From Chthoniobacteraceae bacterium (lineage in GTDB: Bacteria > Verrucomicrobiota > Verrucomicrobiia > Chthoniobacterales > Chthoniobacteraceae), in contig JANNXQ010000170.1 in the NCBI GenBank assembly GCA_031409655.1, forward strand, positions 24,499 to 88,498: 64,000 bases of DNA, written 5' to 3'. Below are positions 28,849-36,900 of this stretch, piece by piece. The position numbers and the translations under genes were made by a program. Numbering within the stretch: the first letter of the stretch is position 1; the number at the start of each line of letters is the position of its first letter. The notes under the pieces were generated by a model that was not told the origin of the DNA, made no database searches, and saw only the letters and a program-made list of their open reading frames with translations.

Positions 28849-29721
28849 TCACTGGCTCTTCGTCAGCGAGCGCGCGGCGCGCCAGAGGACCGGCGGGACG
28901 AGATCCTTGCCGAGTTGCTTGAGGCGTTCACCGAGCGGCGGCGGCGGCACGTCCGCGCTGGTGCCGAGACTCTTCGTGGCGATGACGCCGGCTTCCAGAT
29001 CGCGGGTAAGTTCCGGCGGGAGCTTGATCTCGCGGCCGTAAAAAACGAAGTCGCCCCGGCCCTGGACTTTCTGGGTCACGTCGTCCGGGAGGCGGATGGG
29101 ATCGAGGCCGTAAAACGCAAAAAGGTTCAGCCAGAATTTTTCCGGCTGCTCGTTGCAATGATGGTAGTGGGCGTCATTGGTCGAAGGTTCCTCGAAGGAG
29201 AACCAGGCGACCCGGGCGTGATTGACGATATTGGCGACGAGCACGCCGGAGAGCGGACATTCGATGTGCTCGGCGACTTCCGTGCAGATCACCATGTCGA
29301 AGGTGCGGTTCAGATTCAGCGGCAGGCGGAGATCGTGCTGCAGCAGACGCTCCTGCGGAACGCCGCGGGCGAGGGTGCGGCGGTTGCCGGCGTGGGTGCC
29401 TTCGACGGCGAAAATGTCGATGCCCGCCTTGAGAAAGCCCTCGGTGAAAAAGCCGCTCGCGCAGCCAAGTTCGAGGATCGATTTCACCGGACGCCCCAGC
29501 ACCATGCGGCCGTAATCGAGGACGTGGGTGACGTAACTCTCGACGATGTGCGGCGGCACATGGTCGGCCTCGTAGTAGGTGTCTTCGTAGAAGCCATCGA
29601 GGTCGAAGTAGCAAAAGGCGTGTTCAAATTTCGGATCGAACCACCACCGCTGGTTATCCCCGAGCCACCCGGTGTCTTTCTTGTCGTCGTAGATGGTTAC
29701 TTTGCTGGTCGTCGGTTTCAC
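28849..29721 (-). CDS. class I SAM-dependent methyltransferase
   Basis: Motif I ILELGCASGFFTEGF. 290 aa. Confidence 0.75.
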   Translation of the reverse strand: MKPTTSKVTIYDDKKDTGWLGDNQRWWFDPKFEHAFCYFDLDGFYEDTYYEADHVPPHIVESYVTHVLDYGRMVLGRPVKSILELGCASGFFTEGFLKAGIDIFAVEGTHAGNRRTLARGVPQERLLQHDLRLPLNLNRTFDMVICTEVAEHIECPLSGVLVANIVNHARVAWFSFEEPSTNDAHYHHCNEQPEKFWLNLFAFYGLDPIRLPDDVTQKVQGRGDFVFYGREIKLPPELTRDLEAGVIATKSLGTSADVPPPPLGERLKQLGKDLVPPVLWRAARSLTKSQ

Positions 29722-29778
29722 GTGAGTCGATTTGTTGTTTCCAGTTTTGGGCGGTCGGATTGAAATTTTCCCTGCTGC

Positions 29779-31050
29779 TCAGGCGGGCTGCGCAGCGCTT
29801 GCGCCAGCGGTGAGGGCATCGGGCGCACTGCCCTGGGCGGTGGTCGCAAAGGCGAAGTCGGCAAAGACCACGCCGGCAGCCGTGGCCTCGGTATTTCCCG
29901 CGGCGGGATAGGGGAGCAGCGGGAGGATTTCGAGCTGCAGCGCGTGCTCGAAGGCGTCGATGACGCCGGCGCTGCAGATGAAAATGCTCACCCGATACGT
30001 GTCCGGCCGGAGCCACGGCGTCCGCAGCGTGAACTCGCCTTCGTAGCGATCGCTCGCATCGACCCAGTGGCCGACCATGCGCGAATCGCACTGGAGCAGG
30101 ATGACGCCGTAGTGATCGACGATGTGGCAGGAGAGAAAATAGCGGCCGTTGTAAGGGGCGAAACGCTCGATGGTGAACCGGATGGTCTTGTCCCCGGCGC
30201 ACTCGTAAAACTCCTTCGTGGTGGTGATCGAGGTGACGCGGAGTTCGCCACTGCCGGCGCGCTGGCGGGGGTCGCCCATTTTCGTCGCCGGACGCTCGAA
30301 GCTGCGCACGTAGTAGTCGATCGCCTGCGGCACGCCGCCGTAGCAAACGAGCCGTCCCTTTTCCAGATACATGGCCCGGGTGCACAGTACTTGAACAGAT
30401 TGCATGTGATGGCTGACGAAAAGCACGGTGCGTCCGCCGTGGGCCACGTCCTTGATCTTGCCCAGGCATTTTCGCTGAAACTCGGCATCGCCCACGGCGA
30501 GCACTTCATCCACGAGCAGGATGTCCGAGCTGAGGTGCGCGGCGACGGCAAAGGCGAGCCGGACGTACATGCCGCTCGAGTAGCGCTTCACCGGGGTATC
30601 GAGGAACTGCTCGACGCCGGAGAAATCAACGATGGCGTCGAACTGGCGATCGATGTCGCGCCGCGACATGCCGATGATCGCGCCATTTAAGTACACATTC
30701 TCGCGCCCGGTCAGTTCGGGATGAAAGCCGGTGCCGACTTCGAGCAGGCTGCCGACGCTGCCGTAGAGGTCGATCTCGCCGCTGGTCGGTTCGGTGATGC
30801 GGCTGAGGATTTTCAGGAGCGTGCTTTTGCCCGCGCCATTGCGTCCGACGACGCCGACGACGTCGCCCGCCATGATGTCGAAGGAAACATCTTTCAACGC
30901 CCAAAACGTCTCCGACTCGGTGCGCCGGAAGCCGCGTTTCGCTTTGTGGATGAGCTGTTCGGCGAGCGTGGTCTGCTTCTCGCCCTGGTGCTGGATGGTG
31001 TAGGACTTCGAGAGGCCGCGTACACCGATGGCTACTTCACTGTTGGACAT
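29779..31050 (-). CDS. wzt: polysaccharide-export ABC transporter ATP-binding protein with C-terminal Wzt_C-like domain
   Basis: Walker A GRNGAGKSTLLK, signature YSSGMYVRLAFA and Walker B ILLVDEVLAVGD. A roughly 170-aa beta-rich extension follows the NBD. Confidence 0.85.
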   Translation of the reverse strand: MSNSEVAIGVRGLSKSYTIQHQGEKQTTLAEQLIHKAKRGFRRTESETFWALKDVSFDIMAGDVVGVVGRNGAGKSTLLKILSRITEPTSGEIDLYGSVGSLLEVGTGFHPELTGRENVYLNGAIIGMSRRDIDRQFDAIVDFSGVEQFLDTPVKRYSSGMYVRLAFAVAAHLSSDILLVDEVLAVGDAEFQRKCLGKIKDVAHGGRTVLFVSHHMQSVQVLCTRAMYLEKGRLVCYGGVPQAIDYYVRSFERPATKMGDPRQRAGSGELRVTSITTTKEFYECAGDKTIRFTIERFAPYNGRYFLSCHIVDHYGVILLQCDSRMVGHWVDASDRYEGEFTLRTPWLRPDTYRVSIFICSAGVIDAFEHALQLEILPLLPYPAAGNTEATAAGVVFADFAFATTAQGSAPDALTAGASAAQPA

Positions 31051-31059
31051 GAGAACGGT

Positions 31060-31956
31060 TCAGGTTCCGAAAAGGCTGCGGCCGAGGACGCGCTTCAACG
31101 CGGGCGGATATTGCCGGAAGGCGCGCACGGACTCGGCGGCGGCAGTGAAATAGCGCCCGGCGGACCAGGCCGCGTAGGCGCGGCCTTTGAAATGCCCGTA
31201 GTAGTCTTCCTGCAAAATGTCCCGGCTTTTGGCAATTGCCGCGCGGCACTGCGCACAGCCGGGATGCAGGTTGGCGTGTTTGTCGAGCACGCGCATGGCG
31301 TTGAGGAACATCCGCGGGGCATTGCGGCCCTGCTGTTTCCCGTGCAGGCCGACGCGGCCGAGGATTTCGTTCACGCCCACCAGGCGAAACTCGGCGGCCA
31401 TGCGGATGCCGATGTCCCAGTCGTCGGTGCCGCCGAGCGAGGCGTCGAAGGGGCCGATCTGATCGAGCGCCGAGCGCCGGAAGAGCATGGTCTGGACGGG
31501 CAGGACCATGTGGCCGAGCAGGTCGTGTACGTCGAGTTCGTCGGCTGGGAAATAAGTCGCCGTGGCCTCGCCGGAGTGGATGTGGAAGAACTCGATGGTC
31601 GCATAGACCAGCCCGATCTTCGGATCTTCGCTGAAGCGGGGAATCTGGCGCTCGAGCTTGTGCGGCAGCCAGAGATCGTCCTGATCGAGCACCGCAAAAA
31701 ATTCCCCCTGCGCGTGCAGCAATCCGAGATTGCGCGCGGCCGCGGTCCCCGAGTTTTTCTGCTCGAAAAATCGGATCCGATCTCCGAACCGGCGCACGAT
31801 GTCCGGGGTGCCGTCGGTCGAGCCGTCGTCCACGACGAGCAGTTCCACCGCCGGCCAGGTCTGGGCGAAGATGCTCTCGATGGTCTTGCCGATGAAGTCC
31901 GCGCCGTTGAAGGCAGGGATCACCACGCTGACCAGAGGTTTGTCGGAATCTGTCAT
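31060..31956 (-). CDS. glycosyltransferase family 2
   Basis: ORF trimmed to ATG 31956 (MTDSDKPLVSVVIPAFNGADFIGKTIESI). ELLVVDDGSTDGT and AVLDQDD motifs. Confidence 0.85.
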   Translation of the reverse strand: MTDSDKPLVSVVIPAFNGADFIGKTIESIFAQTWPAVELLVVDDGSTDGTPDIVRRFGDRIRFFEQKNSGTAAARNLGLLHAQGEFFAVLDQDDLWLPHKLERQIPRFSEDPKIGLVYATIEFFHIHSGEATATYFPADELDVHDLLGHMVLPVQTMLFRRSALDQIGPFDASLGGTDDWDIGIRMAAEFRLVGVNEILGRVGLHGKQQGRNAPRMFLNAMRVLDKHANLHPGCAQCRAAIAKSRDILQEDYYGHFKGRAYAAWSAGRYFTAAAESVRAFRQYPPALKRVLGRSLFGT

Positions 31957-31957
31957 T

Positions 31958-32845
31958 TTAGATGATGTCTGCAAAACGGCGCTCCATGCGTTTGAACGAG
32001 AAAAGCCCGATCGCCATGACGACCAGTGACGCGCCCGCCGCGTAGCCGAGCAAAGTCCAATCCAGCGAGCCGCGACCGAGGATCGAGAAACGCATCGCTT
32101 CGAGGAGGCTCGAGAGAGGGTTGAAATTATACCAAAAACGCAAGTGCTCCGGCACTGCCGAAACCGCATAGGCGATGGGGCTCGCGTAGAGGAGGATCTG
32201 GAGGGCGACGGGGAGGATGTAGGAGACGTCGCGATAGCTCACGGTGAGCGAAGCGGCGCAGAGGCCGATCCCGGTCGCGAAAAGCAGGAGAACCATGAGC
32301 AGCGCCGGAAGGAGAACCAGCCCCCAACCCGGCACGACACCGTAGATGATCATGAGGACGGCCATCATCCCGGTGGCCACGCTGAAATCGATGAGGACTG
32401 ATGGGATCGAAGACAACGGCAGCACCAGCCTTGGAAAGAAGACCTTCGAGATGAGGTGGGCATTGCCCACGAGGGAGCCACTGACCTTCGCGACGGTCGC
32501 GCTGAAAAGATTCCAGCCCATGAGGCCGGCATAGGAGAAGAGAAAGTATGGCAGCCCGTCGCTGGGCATTTGCGCCACTTTCCCAAAGACAAAGGAGAAG
32601 ATGCCCGCTGCCATGAGCGGCTGCAGGACCACCCAAACGACGCCGAGGGCCGTCTGCTTGTAGCGCAGGCGCAGGTCGCGGAGGGCGAGCGAGAGGAGGA
32701 GATCCCGGAACTTCCAAATCTCCGGGAGATTCAGCGGCACCCAGCCAGAGCTGGCCCGCAGGGTCATCGTGGGACGGCGCGGGTCTCCAGGCGGCGGAGG
32801 TGCCGGGGTCGCGGGTGCGGACAGGGTCGATTGCAAAGATGGCAT
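31958..32845 (-). CDS. wzm: ABC-2 type polysaccharide-export permease
   Basis: LRLRYKQTALGVVWVVLQPL ABC-2 entry motif and about 6 TM segments. ORF trimmed to ATG 32845; ATG 32767 is an alternative. Confidence 0.8.
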   Translation of the reverse strand: MPSLQSTLSAPATPAPPPPGDPRRPTMTLRASSGWVPLNLPEIWKFRDLLLSLALRDLRLRYKQTALGVVWVVLQPLMAAGIFSFVFGKVAQMPSDGLPYFLFSYAGLMGWNLFSATVAKVSGSLVGNAHLISKVFFPRLVLPLSSIPSVLIDFSVATGMMAVLMIIYGVVPGWGLVLLPALLMVLLLFATGIGLCAASLTVSYRDVSYILPVALQILLYASPIAYAVSAVPEHLRFWYNFNPLSSLLEAMRFSILGRGSLDWTLLGYAAGASLVVMAIGLFSFKRMERRFADII

Positions 32846-32904
32846 TTTTTGATTCAGAGATGATTCACATCCGGACGGGCGCACGATGTCGCACCCACCA
32901 GGCG

Positions 32905-33612
32905 TCAGCCCGCGAGTTGCTCTTCTTCGCGACCCAAACGCTCGACGAGCATCGGAAGCATGGCGCCCGCCTTTTTCCGCCAAATCTGGAGGGATTGAAT
33001 GCGTTCCTCCATCAGGCCGCGATTTGAGGCTGGAAGCTCGCTGAGCAACTCCACGAGTCGGGCAAGGCGATCGTCCTGATCCGAGAGTTGCGGAACGATC
33101 CGTTCGCGGACCACGCCCGCCGCGATCGTCCGGAGGTGAGTCTCCGCCACATAGAAGTCCCGGCGCTCTCCTGGGACGTAGGTCACCTTCACCGCTCCTA
33201 CAGTGCGGAGTAGCCGCAAGCCCTGGCTTGCCGATCCGCTGCTGATCCGCAGCTTTTCCCGCACGTAGTCGGCTGAGACGGGCTGTGGTGAGGCAAAAAG
33301 GAGTCCATAAATCTCGCCGATTGACCGCGAGATGTGGAAGAGATTGGCGAGGCGGACGAAGAAATCGATGGTGTCGATTTCGATTGGGGAAAGGATCTTT
33401 CCCGGTTCGCCCGAGGGCAGCACCGAAGCTTGGGATGGGTTCACGTCAGTGGTTGTATTTGGTTGTGGATCAATGGCTTCACTCCGTTCATTAGGGAGTG
33501 AAAACTCAGCGCAAAAAGGGGGCTCGAAGGGGCTCAGTGCCGGGCCGGCGGGCCAGAAGATGCTGCCGCACTTGGTCTTGTTCCCTCGGCGAGGGGCAGG
33601 ACCATTGTTCAT
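32905..33612 (-). CDS. GbsR/MarR-family transcriptional regulator
   Basis: FFVRLANLFHISRSIGEIYGLLFASPQPVSADYVREKLRISSGSASQGLRLLRTVGAVKVTYVPGERRDFY is the GbsR-type winged-helix layout. The low-complexity N-terminal ~70 aa makes the start uncertain; ATG 33612 was chosen. Confidence 0.7.
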   Translation of the reverse strand: MNNGPAPRRGNKTKCGSIFWPAGPALSPFEPPFCAEFSLPNERSEAIDPQPNTTTDVNPSQASVLPSGEPGKILSPIEIDTIDFFVRLANLFHISRSIGEIYGLLFASPQPVSADYVREKLRISSGSASQGLRLLRTVGAVKVTYVPGERRDFYVAETHLRTIAAGVVRERIVPQLSDQDDRLARLVELLSELPASNRGLMEERIQSLQIWRKKAGAMLPMLVERLGREEEQLAG

Positions 33613-33946
33613 TTCGTGAACGGGATATTCCAACTTTCATCCGAGAGAGCGCATCTTGCGCCACGGCACGACTACCTCTTCCTTTTTTATCGAAACGCGG
33701 CCGCCAAGGCCATCTTTCAGCGACCAAATCGCACATCGGAATCGCTGAGATATGCCAGTAAGACTTCGTCCTACGTAATTTTGCCAATCACGCACCCGGC
33801 TTTGAACCTTTTCAGCCCGATATGTTTACGGGTCCATCAACGACTAGATCTCCCATTTGGAGGGAACTCTTGTTTTTTCAAAAGGATTTCTGAATAAATG
33901 CGAAGGTTTTTATCAAAAACCCCGCGACTTGTGTTAAAGACCCGTG

Positions 33947-33958
33947 TTTATCTTCACG
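33947..33958 (+). promoter_or_regulatory. conserved leader motif TTTATCTTCACG upstream of giant gene 1
   Basis: An identical 12-mer lies at 42690-42701 upstream of giant gene 2. Both are followed by a C-rich run and preceded by a TGTT(A/G)AA element. Confidence 0.4.
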
Positions 33959-33993
33959 TTCCCCGGCCTGCTCCACTTCCCTTCCCGAAACCT

Positions 33994-36900
33994 ATGAGAC
34001 GCTCCTTCCTATTTCCCGCCTTACTCTCTGCGCTTGCGGCCCTGCACGTCCCGGCCCGTGCCGCGCTCGATATTGGGCCCGGTGGTGGTCCCGGCGACGG
34101 CGTACCGGACGTTTGGGCAGCCGTCACCGGCTACACTGGCGACGGTGCATCTTTATCCGCCGACAGCGATGGGGACGGGCAGACCAATGGAGCCGAGGCG
34201 GCTGCGGGGACGAATCCCAACGCTTCGGGAGACGTCATCGCCATCAAGAGCCTGACCCCCGCCGGGGCCAACCTGAAAATCGATTTCCCGGGAATCGGTG
34301 GAAAAAAGTATCAGATGCAAAGCTCGCCGACCCTTTCCCCTGCGAATTTTACCAACGTGCCGCAAGCTGCGGGGACGGTAGTCGCCACCGCAGATGCAAA
34401 TATCCAAGTGACCTTACCAATGGGCGCCGGGTCCAAATACTACCGGGTCGTGGTCTCGGACATCGACACCGACAGTGATGGCCTGACCGATTACGAAGAA
34501 CGCAAAATCGGACTGAATCCTCTCTTGCCAGATATCATCGGCGGTTTGAGCGGTGTCGCCTACGTGAGCGGCCAACTCGCTCTCCCGGATGTGGTGACAG
34601 TTGTCGCCACGGATGCCACGGCGTCGGAGGATGGTTCTGATTTCGGAAGCTTCATGGTGGAGCGGACCCGCAACCTCTTTACCATCGATGTCCCCTACAC
34701 GGTTTCAGGAACCGCTACACCTGGCGTGGATTACCAGTCTCTGGGAGGATCGGTGCATCTGATGTTGGGTGAAAACACCGCTTCATTCAACATTGTGCCA
34801 ACGTCCGAGCCGACGAATGTCGTTGAAAGTGGAGAGTCCGTGACGGTCACCCTTGCAAATCCATCACTGGTCTATTCACTTGGCACGCCTAGTTCGGCAA
34901 CCGTGATCATTGGCGAAACCACCGCCACGAGTGGGACTGGTCTGATGGCTCGTTACTACGACACCGCGAGCGGCAACTACAGCCGACCGGAAAACTTCGG
35001 CACCGTTTCGAGTTATACCTACACAAGGCTAACCGCGGCCACCGGGACGGCAACGATCGCCTACACCGCGACGCCCGCACTTTCTGTGGGACACCAGGTG
35101 AACGTGGCCTTTACAGCCGGCAACCTCAATAACGTGCTCTACAGCCCGCTGCTCTACACCGTGACGGGAGTTACTCCGACGAATTTCACGGTGGCGATTG
35201 CCGGCACCGCCTTGCCGACCAACCAAACTACGGCGTCGTCCTGCGTCATTAGCATCACCAGCTTCCCGCACCCGGCGGTCATCACTCAGGTGGATCCGAC
35301 GGTGAATTTTGATTGGCAGCACGGGACGCCAAATGGCGTGGTGATCCTGCCAAACAATTCTCCGGACAATTACTCCGCGTCTTGGGATGCGTATCTCCAA
35401 CCGACGACTGCTGGGAACTATATTTTCCAGCTTGATGCGGATGACAAAGCGCGGGTGCTGCTCGATACCGGGGCGGGTTTGGTGCAGATCCTCGAGCACG
35501 GTTGGGATGGCCCGGCCACAATTGGAACCTTTAAGCAGAGTGCGCCGATCGCCCTCTCGGTGCCGGGATCTCCATCCGCGCGCTACCACATTCGGGTGGA
35601 GCATGTGGAAACCACGGGTAATGCACGGTGCAGGCTGCAGTGGAGCGCGAACGGTGGCACCACTTTCGCCAATATCGCGCAGGCAAATCAGTTCACTCAT
35701 ACCCAGGCAATAACTTATAGCTATACGCAAGCCACGGGTGATGTGGTCGTCACTCCTACGGGCGGACATCTTTTCGTGGGTGGCGAAGTCGTCAATCTGA
35801 CGATGTCATCAGGAAACCTGTTCCTCCCGATCAGCTACAGTGGACCGTACACGATCACGGCCGTCAGCGGAACCAGCACTTTCACCGTGAATATCACCGG
35901 GACTGGCTTGCCAGCCACTGGCACAGGTTCAGGCTTTCTGGAAAACGCGGCCAGCACCACGACGGGTCTATTCAACCGCACCTATGCAAACACGGCCTTC
36001 ACCAGTCCTCCGGGACGCGTTGGCGTGGACGCTGCAGTTACTACTGGGAATAATGGCATCTGGAATACCGGAACGCCCGACGTGAATCTCATCCGGCCGG
36101 AGACCTTTTCAGTTCGGTGGACCGGTCAGGTGCAACCTCAATTCTCCGAGGAGTACACCCTCGTGGTGGGGGCCGATGATGGTTGCGCCTTGCGGATCAA
36201 CGGGCAGTCGCAAATCCTTAGGACGATTCCTTCCGCGAGCACCAGTGGTAGCACCTACCTCTATGACGCCGGCTCCGGAAATGCGGTGGTCTCCTACCCG
36301 GCTTTGATCGTATCTCCTGGCAGCTTTATCGTAGGGGAGTCCGTGCGGCTTGATCCCAGCAGCGGCAGTCTTTCCCATGCCCCCGCCAGTCCGCCCACCT
36401 ACCGCTTCGATGACGTTACTGGGGACGTCGTTATTAACTACGCGAACCTGACGAACGTGACGCCGGGCGGCTTTGTCGTTGGAGAAACGATCGAACTGGA
36501 CCCTACCAGCGGCAGTCTCAGCGCTCTGGGTCTCCTCCCGTATACCATTACTGCCGCCACGGCGAACACCATCACGGTCAACTCCGGCGGGCTGGGTTTT
36601 AATCCGAGGATGAGCGTCGCGGCCATCTCCGTTGGACCTGCTTGTGAGATCACCACTGTGCAGAATCACGGCTTGAGCGTCGGCAGCGAGCTGAGGATTT
36701 CCTCGGTCGCCACCGGGATTTTCTCACCGGATATCAACAGCCTTTATACGGTGGTCGCGGTTGTCAGTCCGACTAAGTTCACCGTGGCTTCAAACTGCAC
36801 GGTCGCTCCCACTGCTGGCACCGGAGTGGTAATCGTATCGGGCAATATCGCTATCAGCGACAATCGGAATGCGGTCATCACCGCGGCCACGCCCACCACC

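Noticed and set aside
28707-28922. 71-aa ORF encoding an acidic run (..AADDEDEEDEDEDE..)
   Set aside because: The acidic run is simply one arm of the GAT/GAG triplet palindrome, and the rest of the ORF overlaps the methyltransferase 3' end in antisense. There is no independent coding evidence.
27634-29763. 709-aa plus-strand ORF spanning three minus-strand genes
   Set aside because: It is antisense to well-supported genes (acyltransferase 3 and a methyltransferase) and crosses their intergenic hairpin. The product is a R/E/G/A-rich low-complexity string with no motif. This is a typical high-GC shadow ORF.
33616-33897. 93-aa plus-strand ORF in the spacer upstream of giant gene 1
   Set aside because: It lies in the AT-rich divergent control region and overlaps the regulator's 5' end in antisense. 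It has no motif and no counterpart upstream of giant gene 2.
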